This document shows, in pieces, positions 22,243 to 35,639 of a stretch of 37,747 nt of DNA. A model generated the notes under the pieces. That model was not told where the DNA came from. It saw nothing but the letters and a program-made list of their open reading frames with translations, and did not search any database. The stretch comes from Jimgerdemannia flammicorona. Lineage: Eukaryota. The position numbers and the translations under genes were made by a program. Within the stretch, counting starts at the first letter, position 1, and every line of letters starts with the position of its first letter. The DNA is taken from NCBI GenBank assembly GCA_003990765.1, contig RBNJ01000182.1:1-37747 (forward strand), in the 5' to 3' direction.

Positions 22243-23314
22243 AATTTCTTAAACTTTCTGAAATATAGAAAATTCCAAACATCTAAAACTAGTCTAAAAA
22301 AGAACTTTGGTTAAGATGTCAATCTGATCTTGAAATCAATAAGTATAGAGAATGTACTCTATATAAAATTAATCTTAACCTAAAGAAAATAATCTTCTAG
22401 AATATCTAGAACTTTCAGAAAACTCTTCCAGAACTTTCAAAAAATCCTTTCAGAACTAAGTAATAGTTACCCTAATAAGTAACCCTCTTACAACTTAGTA
22501 GTAGCAGTTTACAATCCAATTCTGCTTCAAGATACTTCCTCACCCTACTACAAACCTCTATAAGAATTCCTACAAGTTGGTATAAAGTCCAATCTCTGAA
22601 CTGGAATTTATCTCAAAATATCTGATAATCTGGAGAGAATTGAGCCTAATATATAAGAATAATTTGACCTCCACATCTACAACAAGTGGAACAGACTTCA
22701 TCAATAGAAGAAAGTACTCCAATTAAATCAGCAGATAAGTGAAACCCTATACACTGAACTTCTTGCTCTACACCCTGCAAGTTAAGATGAAGAAGATCTT
22801 ATAGAAGTCTTCTTTACTCTTCTCAATAAGAGTTTTATTAGCTCTACAAATCCAAGTGACCTAGAATAACCAGCAACTATCTTTCTAGCCTTAGTTCCTC
22901 ATAAAGCCCAAGCCTCTATAGTTAAGTAGCTCAACTCTACTGACTTTCACTATACCAGAACCAAGACCATCTTATACTACTGCTTCCAGAATTATAAGAC
23001 TCACTATATTCTTAAATAAGAAGTAAGAGAAACTCTTCATCAATAACCTAACTCTGAACTAGAAACAGGCCCAGCTATAACCCTATCTGAAACTGAGACC
23101 AATACTAAACTAAAACCAGATTTTGAATTAAACCCATCTGAAATCTAATATACAACTGATTCTATTTACTTTGATATCAAGCAAACTCAATTACATAAAG
23201 ACTAAACCAAAGAGAAGGAGGAGTATCTCAGTAAATTCAATCCTGGATATACTATCAAAGAAGATATACCTCTATTAGGACAAAACATACCTCAAAGATA
23301 TGAAGCCAATGACT

Positions 23315-26300
23315 GGCTATCCCTATCTAAATCACCAGAGCTCATTCCAAGGTCAACCATTCATCTCCTACTCTACTCACTAATCTTCATCAGAGGTCTC
23401 TCCATCTCCTTCCTTCCCCCCCTCCCACCAGAGGCTACAATTCCAGTCTGCTAGAAATACTATACCAAAACTTTCCCAAAACTTTACACTCCCCTAGCCA
23501 ATATTCAGATGTTTGTACCACTTCTCTCTCCTGACCAATGTTTATATATTTCTTATACTCAAATATGCTATCCACTACAAAGTGCCCTGACTGATAGTTC
23601 AGCATTATATTCTGCCTTAAGAACCTCTACCATATCACCCAGAACTTAGGGGGAAGCTATTGTATCACTCACTTGCTCTAAGACTAAATACTATTCCAGT
23701 CCCACTCCTCACCAATCCCCACCCTTTGCCATGCTTCAGGCCATACTTCCCCCTTGAGCCCCCTCATACATTCTATTCTATCACCAAGCTGGAAGTCCTC
23801 TACCAATGTATCTCTTAGCAATAGTCAGTCCCATCTCCACATCTGTGGTCCCCAGTCCTCTACCCTCTCATTCCCCTTCTACTAAAGTCCAATTCTCCTT
23901 TTACTATCTACCACTTCCTACCAAAAATCTTTATATCACATTCTCCTGCTTCCATACATAATCACCATTGCAAGCAGGTCACCAGTTGCTCTGCAAGGGG
24001 AATATTAGATCTCCCACACCCTCTGCATGAGTGGTACCCACTCCTGGCCTCTCAACTCACTTACTCTCTTCAGCCACCATGCTCTCAGACAATATAAGTA
24101 CTTGGTAAAGTCTACTAAACCCAGTCTGCCTCTGTCAACAGGTAGAGTCAGAACCTCTCAGCCTATCTGACTTTGCTGCCTGGTTTAAATCTATGATCTT
24201 GCCATCTTCAGAAGTCTCCCAACCACCCATGCTAAGAAGTCTAGATAATACCTTACATACTACAGCTTTGGTAGCCAATATACATTCAGCACCATCACTC
24301 TTCCTGCTAAGGATATATGCTGACCACCCCACCTCAAGAGAATACTCTCCAATACTAGTAGCTGGCATTCCTACTATGTACAGGGCAGAAGAGATCCATA
24401 TATTGAGAAGTATATCTCCAAGTATCAGACTAGTTATTCTCCTGGAACCACTGTTCCAATCACATTGCTACCAACTATTCTGCTGCCTAGCACCAGAGTC
24501 TCACATTTGTATCAATTGAGTCAAACACTGAAGCTCCTCTCATATTATTTCACAGTCCTCTTTAATTTCTCCACATCTGTTAACAAATCCAGGCCAACCA
24601 CTATATCATCCACAAAACCCCCAATCTTCCAGTTAATCTCCAAAATATCCAAACCCCCAATTTGATACTGAATCCTATCCAATAGAGGCTCTAATGACAG
24701 GGTATATAGGATGGGTGATAAAGGATCCCCTTGCAGCACCTTACAACCTAGTGAAAAGGTCACACTCCTGTACCTATTTACTACTAATACTACTTAACTA
24801 TTCTCTAATAGACTGATTAATGACTTCCTGAACTCTGGGAGAACTCCCACATATTTCAGCACTCCCTCCAGCCAGACCCTCTTCACCCTGTTGTATGCCT
24901 TCTCCTAATCCAGAAATACTAACCAGCCATCAACCCCAGCTGCTCAAGCTCCTTCAATCACTCTATAAATCCAGGCAGTTCTATCTTGGATTAACTAACT
25001 ACTAACAAATCCCCTCTACTCCACTCCTAGCATCTGCTGAGTGATCTCCTGCAGCCTAGTCATCAAGATCTTTATCACCAGCTTGCAGTTTATATCAAAG
25101 AGTATGATCAGTTGCCAGTTCTTCCAATCTTCTCTTCTCTCCTTATCCTTATAGAGCAAGGAAACCAGCCCTAGGTGCTGGCCTCCAATCTAAGTTCTAG
25201 ACTAAAGGACCTCACTACTTATTGCTGTTATCTCCTCCAATACTACCTCTACCCTAGCTATCTTTTTTCAAAAATCTCAAGGAAGCCCATTCTCTCTTAG
25301 AGCTGTCCCCTTGCTTATCAAAGCCAAGACCTTATATACCTCCTCACCCCCTTCTTCTTCACTCCATAAGTTCCCCCAATGAGTTTCAAAATCATAAGAG
25401 TCTCTACCACTATCTCTCTATTCTCATCCAAAATATCATCTCACCACTGTCATGTTCTCTAAGCTTGGAGCAACTTTGAAAGAAATCTAGTAGACCTCTC
25501 CCTCTCCTCCAACCCCTGTCACTGTAATCTCACTACTATCTCCTTTAGCTGAATCTCTTCCTCTATTCATAGTACTTCCTTTAGCTCATCAACTTTCTTT
25601 TATATCTGCAGGATTTGTCAATCAGCCTCCTCCTAATTCTCCAGCAACCCTGCCCATCTCTCCAGAAGTACTACCAATCTCTGTGAAGTCCATTGCACTT
25701 GCTGCTACTGCTAAACACTCCTTCTTTTCCCTATATCTCTGAGCACTCGATTTCAGCTACTATTAGTGATTCCTAATTCCCAATCTCTGCTTCTACCACT
25801 TACTAATCTTCTCAATAACTTCTATCTTCCAGTCTGTCCATAAGGAGTCATTCTCCAATAGAGAAGAATTCAGTCACCAATATCCAGGCCCATTCCCACT
25901 TCCTCCAAATCTCTCACTTCCTATCAGACCCCAGTGATCTGACTATGGGCACCAAACCATCTCCAGTATATCCCAGACATCTACTCTCCAGCACTCCACC
26001 ATCAATACCCAGTTAATTCTGGAGCCCAGTCCTGCCACCCAGTAGGTATAAATTCAGCAATCCACCCAAATCTATTGCCCCAAGTCAACCAAGGAGCTCA
26101 ACCTCTCAATCTCCATCCAATCATCTAACTCACTACTTCTGCCTCTTATTCCTCTCCTACTATTAATCCTATTCATCTCATTATCTCATATTATATTGAA
26201 ATCATCCCCCAGGCAATCAATTACAGCCTTATCCATAATACCAGTCTCTCTCAAGTCTCTGATCCAATCTATACATTTCCTCCTCTCAGCTGGGCAATAA

Positions 26301-28645
26301 TATGATCTAACAGTTAAAGAGTTCTACCCAGACCTCTTCTATACTCCCCACACCAATCTACTCTCCCAATGTCCAATATCTCTAATGTCTCCCATCCCCT
26401 TTTAAACCAGAATGCCCACCCACCCAGTCTATATAACTGCCCTACCCCATTCTCTAGTCCAGTTCTGTAAGTCCATGTCTACCTCATACTATATATCCTA
26501 TAGTAAGAAGAGATCTGCATCCAGTCCCCTCAGCCAGCCAAAGATATTCCATCATTGTATCATACCCCTCAACTCATTCACATTCAAAGAAAATATTCTA
26601 GTTGTATTGTTCATATTGAATAATATTTGATATTGAGAGCCTAGTCTAGTACTCCATACTTATCTCATCACTAGCCAGATCTAAGTACTGCTCTGCCTCT
26701 AATGTATCCTCTACTACAGCCTGAGCATCCAGTGCTTCCAGGATTTCCTGACACTCCACCCCATCCACAACCTCCATTTCTGCCCAATAATCTGTATATA
26801 CTACTCTCCACTTCTCTAACCCCTTCCTTGAACCCTACAAGTACTCTATCTTATCATTCACCATCCCTCAGAGGACCTCCTCTCTCTGATCATCAACTTG
26901 ATATTTCACTGACTCCAAAAGCACTACCAAGATCTCATTTCTAATCTTCCTCAGCACCTCCTCACTATACAAAATCTCCTCCCAATGTCTATTGCTTAAA
27001 TCTCTCTCCTTAGCTCCTCAGCCACCACCCCCCTTCAGAGTTTTCTATAGCCACTTCTCTTCATCCACCATCTTGGTAATACTCTGAGCAACCTCTTTGA
27101 GCCCCACCACAGGGTCCACCAAAGTGCTTCTCCTTCCCAACTCATCCCACTCCTCCTCCAGTATATCTAGTAGTTTCTCCTCTCCCCCTGCCCCATCTGA
27201 GATACCATACTGGGAGTGTACTTCTTCTCCCATTTCTGTATCCTCTACTATATCACCCAGTCTCTCCTTGCTTAATCTACTCTGGGCTACATTCTGAGCC
27301 AACCTGTGCTCCTCAGCCTAAGTACTCTCCCTCAGTCCAGCACTACTTTCTCCTATCCTGCTATCTACCACACCCCCTCCTAGCTTCTCCAATAACTTCT
27401 TCTGGATTCATCTCTCCTGCATCTTCTCCCAGACCATCTTGTCCATCCTGATCCTCTTTCCATCTACAATCTCTACTACTATCTTGGCTTTATACTCCTT
27501 CCAAGCTAGTCTCCTCCTCTTGACTGCTCCTGCCAGATTCTCAAGAGCCTCCTGCAAGTCCTCTTCTTCCTCTGGCATCTCTTTCACCCACAAGACCTTG
27601 TACTCAACTTGTCCCTACTTAAGAGTTGCAGGTCAGTTCCTTGTCTTCTCTATATTCTCTCTTTTAGCTAATCTCACCCTAATGTCAATATCTCCTATCT
27701 GAAGTTCAGTACTTTCTCAGACCCTAAACCCAATGTCTATAATCTCTCCATACTTCTTGACCACCTCCACAATTAGCTCTCTGGTCCTCTCCCTTGACAC
27801 TATAGGAAGATCCAATACTGTCAACTATACTACTCAGAAGTCCCAGCACATACACCTGACCATAGGAATCACTACTCTGCCCATTACTACCCCCTTCTCC
27901 ACAGCCTCCAACAATGATGCCTCTTCCTTAAATCCAACCTCAACCCCTTCTTTCCCCTTCAAGAACTTCACTGAAGCTGCCCCCTTTACCTCCTGTGCCA
28001 CCAACTCCAGAATTATTCTTATAGTTACATACTACCATGTCTTGGAAGTATAATATGATGGTGAATTCTGACCTCAACTTTTTGAGTAACAGTACTAATA
28101 CCATGCTAGTTATATCATCTGCTAGGTCTCCAGGCCTTGTACCCTCCCTCTGTCCTGATCTGTCAACAACCATCATATCTGGATTTTTTTCCAGATCCCC
28201 AGTCACAGCTCCATCAGCAGTCACATCTCCAGCCCCTACTCTCCCCCCCCCTCCTACTGCCCAACCCTCTCATAGGAGCCCCTCTCTGTCCCTCAACTAT
28301 AGCCATCAATGCCTTTCCCAGTCCTAACTAACTATCTAGACCAGATGCCATTCTTCTCATCTTGACCTTGTTAGTAAAGATTATCCTCCTCTCTCCTTAT
28401 TATCTCAATCTGCCCCTCTCTCTATCACCAATACTGCAACCAACCATAGAAGGCTCTGGTATCTCCAAACCATCTCTCCATCTCTTCTCAATATGCTACC
28501 AGTCAAAGGCACTACTGTCCCCCTGGCTGATATGCTTACTAGTATAGTTATTGCTATTTATGTTGATAGTCTCCTTTTACCAAAAACATTGCAGAAAGTA
28601 TTGCCTGAGTCTTGTGTCACCTGAATATTACTGGTAAAAGGGTTT
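23315..28645 (-). mobile_element. Second, more decayed L1/Tx1-like LINE, 3'-truncated
   Basis: Colinear with LINE copy 1 from its 5' end (CTGAGTCTTGTGTCACC...TTACTGGT) to ~9230. Contains LQGDPLSPILYTLSLEPLLDRI and GFVDD. No poly(A) or TSD; internal deletion near 25350-25450. Confidence 0.92.
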
Positions 28646-28899
28646 TGTAGAACAAAATATATCTATATAATAATAGACAGCTATCTATTGAGTCTTTACT
28701 CCAGACTCACAACTATTACTCTAGTAACTTATACAGACTCAAAGAACACCATTATACTCTACATCAGTACTGTAAGTTATATTAGTAATACTACTACCAG
28801 TAGTCTAACTGCCTTCAGTAAACAACATAGCAAATCAATAGATTCTAGACCTCACAGCCCAAGTAGCTATAATGGTAGCAACTATTACTGCCTTAGCAG

Positions 28900-29806
28900 A
28901 ACAGACCTAACTAACAAAAGTCTGAGCCTACCTACCTTCAATAGTACTACACAGAAAGTCCAAAGCTTCATTAGTATAGTTGATATCAATTTTGAAGCCA
29001 ATTAATAGACTAATGAGTAAGTTGCTAACTGTCTTCTGATAAATAATCAAGACCACACTCTGGAATAACTCTTTGCTACTTCTATAGCTTATGTCTATTA
29101 AGTTGTTACATTCTTCCAAGAACCTACCAAAGAATGGTGGTAAACTCTTCCTAAAAAATCCCTCACATGGGATATCTGACCTGCAGTTATTGCTCAGAAT
29201 ATAGTAAATAATACCCTAGAATATGAAGACTACCCTATAGTCTCTAGACTCAAACAGCTCATAATTACTCAATACTGTAGTGAAACTTTGATTACTGAAT
29301 CTTGAGTAAAACTCTGCAACCTTAAGTTTGATATACGTATATAGCAAAGAGAAATTCAAAATCTTTTATACAAAACTTGAGTCACTCCTGAACACTATTG
29401 ATCTAGGATATATTGCCAATGACAAAGTATGAAATGGTACAAGAGTAGACCATTTATTCAATATACTACCTGAATGGCTTACAAGAAAAATCTGAGAATA
29501 GGGATATCTTATTAGTTGTAATCACTAACAATAGTACTTAGCAAGAATCAAGACTATGGTTAAATGAATTCTAACAGCTAGACCAATTCTGTCTCGAAGA
29601 TAATTCAATAATAAGAAAAGAACTTAGACCAAAAAAGAAGAATCTAAACATGAAGCATCCCAAGCTCTCTCCATATCCATCTCATAGATACCCCAAAATC
29701 CTAAATCTACCTAACTAAGTACCTTCAAGAAACTTATAAAAGAAAAAAGAAATGAACTTTAAAGAAGTAGAGTATACTTTTATTACTGAAAGACAGGATA
29801 TACAGT
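28900..29806 (+). pseudogene. Chromovirus-type gag relic of element A
   Basis: LPTFNSTTQKVQSFISIVDINFEAN (PxxFxG-like gag start) and FKKLIKEKRNEL*RSRVYFYY*KTGY (decayed CxxCxxxGH zinc knuckle). Confidence 0.65.
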
Positions 29807-30825
29807 GTTCCTTTCTCTACTACCTTACTGGTCACAATAGTTTGGTAAGCAACCTTCTGAGTCCACTTTCCACAATTATTACCCTCTCTATCTTGGGTTG
29901 GTTTGCTGTACCTATTGCAGGATAGTAGGAGAGAGGCAATGGTGATGAGTTGTCTCTTTATCAGTATCAGATTGGTGTCTTCTCCACTTTTTCACAGTTT
30001 CTGATATCTTTGGCTATATCTGGAGTACATCTATTTTGGTGTGGTGCTTTCTTCCTTTTGCTATTGCCAACAAGGTACTGTCTTGGTGTGTTATGAACTA
30101 CATAGGGAGTCAGCCAACCTTGGGCATCAAGTGCTCAGTGTAGGTTATCTGCAGGTCCTTGGTACCTATGGTGGGGCCCTCTGGCTTTGGTGAGCTTCTC
30201 AGTGAGTATAGTTCTAATATAAGTGACTACTTTTTAGGTGATATTGGGATGAGAGGAGAGATGGCTGTCACAGATAGGAAGAAGGGTGATAATAGTGAAC
30301 CAGTAGGGTATTAGACTGAGGGCAGTCATTGGGGCTGGGGTGGATACTGTTTTGGTGGGACCTTTTAATTGGTACAGAGTAGTTAGGTGGTAGGTATCAC
30401 TCTTGGCTTCTTTTGGCAATTTGGCAGATTGGGCCCTGGTTATTGGGAAGAGTTGGGGGGCCTGAGGCTACCTATTTTAGACATCTTAGCTATACTCAAC
30501 TGAAACTAGGAGCTGATATAGCAATATGATCAAGACCTGCAGGCTTGAGTAGTGGGGTATTGGAGATCTCCTCCTGCCTCACATATAAGTCCTTTACTTA
30601 TCTTGACTGGAAGAACCAGGTCCTACCCACTGTGATATACTTTGATGAGAGTTTTTCTTTACCTGTCATTCTCTTTGGAGTGATAGGGGCTATTCTATTC
30701 AGCTTGGATATAGCCTTATACATATATTGGGATCTTAGGTATATGCTTTTGGTTATTAGTATATAGCTGGGTTCCCTCTGGTGGTAGGGAGAGCATGGTG
30801 TACATAATGAGGTGTGGGCTAATAG

Positions 30826-30864
<39 letters not shown>

Positions 30865-32178
30865 GACTCATGTCCTGCAGATTTTTATTAGAAGGGACAC
30901 TAGACTATATAGGCCAAAACCCTCCCCCACCATCCACCAAGCACTGCCACCCCATTAACCTAAGCTAGCTATTGTCCAGCAGCTTGACTATGTCAGGCAC
31001 AGTAGAACCGAAAAGGCCTGCACCTCATTCTGTACACCATGCTCTCCCTACTACCAGGAGAAACCCAACCATATGCCAATGACTGAAAGCACATGCCCAA
31101 GAACCCAACGTATGTACAAGGCCATGCCCAAGCCGAATAGAATAGCCCCTGCCACCCCAAAGAGAATGACAGGCAAAGAAAAAACCCTCATCAAAGCACA
31201 ATATGGTGGGTAGGACCTGGTTCTCCTAGTCGAGATGAGTAAAGGACTTACATGTGAGGCAGGAGGAAACCCCCAATACCCCACTACTCAAGCCTGTGGG
31301 CCTCGATCATGTTGCCATATCAGCTCCTGGTTCCAGTTGAGTGCAGCCAAGATGCCTGAAATGGGTAGCCTCAGGCCTCCTGACCCCCCCTGATGACTAG
31401 GGCCCAACCCCGCTGATCGCCAAAAGAAGCTGTTAGTGACACTTACTACCTAACCATGCCACACCAATCAAAAGGCCCCACCGAAGTAGCACCTGCCCCA
31501 GCCCTGATGACTGCCCCCAACCTGACACCCTACTGGTTCACCATAATCGCCCTTCCTCCTATCTGTGACGGCTATCTCCCCTCCCATCCCGACAACACCC
31601 GAAAAGCAGTCACCTATGCCAGAACTGTGCTCGCCGGGAAGCTCGCTAAAGCCAGAGGGCCCCACCACAGGTACCAAGGACCTGTAGGTAACCTACACTG
31701 AGCACTTGATGCCCAAGGTCAGCCAACTCCCTATGTAGCCTGAGATATACCGAGACAACACCTTGTTGGCAATGGCAAAAGGAAGAAGGTGCCGCACTAA
31801 AACAGGTACACCCCAGATGCAGCCGAAGGCACCAGAAGCTGTGAAAAAGTAGAGGAAGCACTGATCCAATACTGATAAAGGGGCAACTCATCACCATTGC
31901 CCTCCTCCCACCATACCCCTGCAGGCACAGCAAACCAGCCTGAGATAGAGGGGGTAATAATAGGGGAAAGGGGACTCGGAAGGTCACCTACCAAACCTTG
32001 TGACTGGTAAGGTAGCGGAGAAAGGAGCGGCTAATATAGACCCTGCTGCACCTGGTATAGTTGAGCTGCTAGATAATAGCTAGTCTAAGTTAATGGGGGA
32101 GCAGTGCTTGATAAGTAGTAGGAGAGGGTTTTGGTCTATATAGTCTAGGTTTCCTTCTAATAAAAATCCAAGAGACAT
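29807..32178 (+). mobile_element. Non-autonomous ~1.2-kb retroposon X, older copy X1, split by X2
   Basis: 29807-30826 is the reverse complement of ~31012-32028, and 32040-32178 is the reverse complement of ~30868-31005. The poly(A) tail has been lost. Confidence 0.8.
30830..32028 (-). mobile_element. Retroposon X, younger copy X2 inserted antisense into X1
   Basis: 31-nt T run (30830-30860) is a minus-strand poly(A) after AATAAA. Degenerate TSD GGCTAATAGGCCCT (30817-30830) / GGCTAATATAGACCCT (32029-32044). No RT coding. Confidence 0.85.
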
Positions 32179-32180
32179 TG

Positions 32181-32460
32181 TAACTTCCTCACAATATCTG
32201 AGTATACCCAGTATTCCATATCAGCTAATTGGTAGACTACTATGAGAACCTATTCTCCAAGCATATAGTTCTACTACCACCCCCAATTAGAATCAATAAT
32301 CATAAGGAATTCAAAATTGAGGAAGTACTTGACAAGGTCTGCAAATATCTCAAAACAGTTAAGTGGTTTTTTCTCATCAAGTGGAAGGGTTACCCCACTC
32401 ATGATACTATCTGAAAAAAAAAAAAAAAGCTCTAGAGAATACATGCAAAGTCCTCCAGCA
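32181..32460 (+). pseudogene. Integrase C-terminus with chromodomain (chromovirus, element A)
   Basis: LPHNI*VYPVFHIS*LVDYYEN...PPPIRINNHKEFKIEEVLDK...FLIKWKGYPTHDTI*: the HPVFHVS motif followed by a chromodomain. Confidence 0.88.
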
Positions 32461-32594
32461 TGACATGGAAACACTCATCCTCCAGCAAAAGAAGGAACTG
32501 CAGCTCTAACTGAAATATATAATACCAAACATTATAGAAAAAAAGAATATCATAGTTAACCAACAAGAAGACACTTAGGTGAAGAATAATCTAG

Positions 32595-32940
32595 TATAGT
32601 ATAGTAAAACATATTTGAATAACTCCATTTCATGCCATCTGTATCATCTCTGCTAGATGATAACAGATGCTTCATATGGAACTTAGGAAAGCTGACAATG
32701 TCAAAACCAATTTAAGCTCATCCACATAACAGATATTATTACTAAAAATTGCCTCAGATTATAAGAAATACTATTTCCAAGAGATTCAAATCCCCAGCTA
32801 CATATAACAATGAGAGCTCTCACCTTAGATAAGAATGACCAGTCCTTGTAAATATGTCAACCAGATAAAAAAAAAGAGGACTAAGACCTGTTAACCCTGT
32901 ATAACTATAACTCTAAGTAGTGATATCTTTAAAATCAAGA
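32595..32940 (+). repeat. Partial copy of family A LTR sequence (probable 3' LTR, truncated by element C)
   Basis: Colinear with ~21335-21700 (e.g. AGATATTA.TACTAAAAATTGCCTCA, ATAACAATGAGAGC.CTCACC.TAGA). A purine run AAAAGAAGGAA lies at ~32487-32497. Confidence 0.65.
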
Positions 32941-32948
32941 TTTTTTCA

Positions 32949-34377
32949 TATAACTAGCATATGTCCTACTTACAGCAACAAGTCATACATTCTGATAGAA
33001 AGCATGATCAAAAGAGGATTATACCAGATAGGTAAATAAGTATAAATACTCAAGGCAAGAATACTCTATAACTCTTATCTCCCTCTCCTCATAAAGAAAA
33101 GACAAGACAAGAATACCTGCTACCTGCTGCCAAACTGTCTGCTATAGCCAGCCCTTCCTAAGCCAGGTTGACCACCTCTTTGAATATATCTAGATTGCTA
33201 TCTAAGGAAGAAACTGTTACTCTAAGATCCTTAACCTCTCTAGCCCAGATCTAGGACAGTATGTTCTTGACTACCATAAACTCATCAAAAAGATCTATAT
33301 ACCTTGCTACCAACTGCCTAGAGATCTGGCATAAATATGAAATCAGTCACCAGCTTTTTCAATATACAAATAGCCTACCTACTGACCAGGTCTCAGACTG
33401 GACCTACCTGGATAGACATAAGTAAAGACTTATTAAGAAGGTCTATCAAATTATATACCATATATTCTTTATGATCTCTAATCTCAACTATGTATATACA
33501 ACTGAAGGACTTCCAGAACCTCTTCTTCTTTAAGGTTAATAAGCTAGAGATCATGATAGCCCAGAAAGCCAACTCCTAAATTACTCTCAAGTTTACTGAT
33601 ATTGAGCCCCACTAGAGCTCTCTCCTGAATGATAACTCAGACCAATGGCTTCAAGGCCTCTCTGATCTTCTTGAAGAACTACTTATCTGAATAGATATCC
33701 CCGGGTATGAGGATCAAGAACTCTACTTGAATGGTCCCAACTACATCAGATGGAGAACTCCTATACCAGTATCCATATAAATATAAGAATTATTTGCAGA
33801 CCTCATTGACTTCTCTATTCTGGACAGTGAGCCATCAGTAACCACCCCCCCCCCACTACCACTGAAGAAGATGGTAACAATACTGAGAAAGACTCCCCAC
33901 TTTTCTCTCCCCTAGTTCTCAATTTCTGAATCAATGAGAATATTGATTTCTAAGGAGAAAAAGATATAATAGAATAAATGAGTGAACAGATGAGATATAA
34001 TGAGCAATCATATGACCTAGTAATAATGTTATCATATAATTAAGTATAATATATAATATTATGAATGATATGAATAATGCAAATAAATGATATTCAGCTT
34101 ATCTCCAATAATTGGTACTACAGTATAGTACTACAGCAATCAGCACCACAGTAACCAGTACTACAGCAATACTGATCATTGCCTAGCAATAGATATCATA
34201 ATCACAAACCTCACTATAGTTATCAAATTAGTCACTTATACTTAGTCAGAAATTATAAACCAACTTATATAAATACCCCTAGTTTCTATTCGAAATAAAG
34301 CAGTTTAAGTTTAGTCCTTGATTTAAGAATCAAGTTCTCCCCACACATATACATTCTTCTGAGTCTTAGTAATGACA
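32949..34377 (+). repeat. Probable 5' LTR of Ty3 element C (~1.4 kb)
   Basis: Same layout as LTR B: ORF, short repeats (34115-34170), TATAAATACCCC (34268), AATAAA (34294), ending TGACA. The partner LTR is not in the window, so boundaries are inferred. Confidence 0.55.
33113..33953 (+). pseudogene. LTR(U3)-encoded ORF, family C version
   Basis: LEIWHKYEISHQL...LDRHK*RLIKKVYQII...MISNLNYV...NKLEIMIAQKANS*ITL...LNDNSDQWLQGL aligns with family B LQIWQEYEIGNLL...MDIYKIRITKKIYQIF...MIPNLEFV...NILEVRVATEVQSTITL...LQDNPDQFLQGL. Frameshifted. Confidence 0.7.
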
Positions 34378-35639
34378 TCTAAGTGACTCTAGTATTTCTG
34401 ACTAAACTCTAGAAGCCTAGCTAACTTCTGCCAGAACTGAGACTGGTATATAAATTCCCAAAGACTTAAGTAAACCTATTGAATCTGAATTCCAAGATGA
34501 ATTCAGTCTGTGCATAGCAAAGAACAAGATCCTTAAAAGATAGGGCAAAAGAGAAAGATCTTTAAAAGATAAAGTACTATTGCTATAACTACTTTCAAGC
34601 AAGTGCTTCTTCAAACTGAAGGCTTTTTGGTATACATTATATACTAAGTCTCTAAGTAATAGTCTTACTTCTCTAATTATCCAAAGTATAAGAGAAGAGT
34701 AGAAGTGAAAGTTATTATACAGAGATAGCCCTAGCTATCTACTTATCACTAATAGTTCTAGATCTATTACAAAAAGTCACCTATGCCCAGTAATACTAGA
34801 TAGCCAGATATCTACAAGACTATATAATGGAAAGAGTCACTGGAGTTAGAATTAAAGCACTCAAGACAATCAGTATGATCTCTACTATAGTGATCAATTG
34901 AAATATACCTCAGGTAAGAGCTACTAAGTAGTAGAGAAATAGTGATACTATAGAGGAACTTACTAAGAAGTTCATCAAAATAACAGCTCATCTAGGAGAT
35001 ATAGTAAAGAAAATTAAAGAAAGAGACTACTACCTAGTTTAGAAGTTTGCTGCTACCTCAGATAAGAAGAGAGATATTTATTATACTTGTGAAGAAGGTT
35101 ACTACTTATATAAATATATAAGTGAAATTAAGTACAAGGCTCAATTAAGCAATGCTATATACATAAAATAAGAAATAGGTCAATACTATTACCTTTGAGG
35201 AGATTGGGAAATCAGATGAAGAAAAATAAGAAGCCTACTCTATCAAGACTATTAAGAAAGATGTTTGTAAGCAACTTTACAAGAAACTACCAGAGTGACT
35301 CAAGAAGAATTCTGTGGAAAAGCAGATGGAGACTGCTATAGAAAGTTAAGATGAAGAGATATAGAGCTAGAATAGGTTATTTAAGGTATCATCTGAGGAA
35401 CTACTCCAGTTAGTGAAGGAGAAAAAGAGAAGAAGCTTTACAAAACTAAGATCTTTAAGTATGATATCTTCAAGGATCTCAGTCAATGTAATCTTTAGCC
35501 AATTGGCAGAAATATCTATATTCAGACAGCAAATGAAATATAGACTTACTGAGATAACTAAGGAGTAAGGTTAGAAGATAACTGAGACTAACAATGTTCA
35601 AGAAGACTCAGGAGAAGAGAGTAAAGATAATTATAAGAC

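Noticed and set aside
22450..23310. Separate gene downstream of LTR A copy 2
   Set aside because: Looks like decayed coding sequence, possibly the gag N-terminal region, but no motif could be recognised.
16164..32460. Elements A (gag+chromo) and B (pol-only) as a complementary bipartite pair
   Set aside because: They have different LTRs, priming sites and lineages, and A's loss coincides with an insertion junction.
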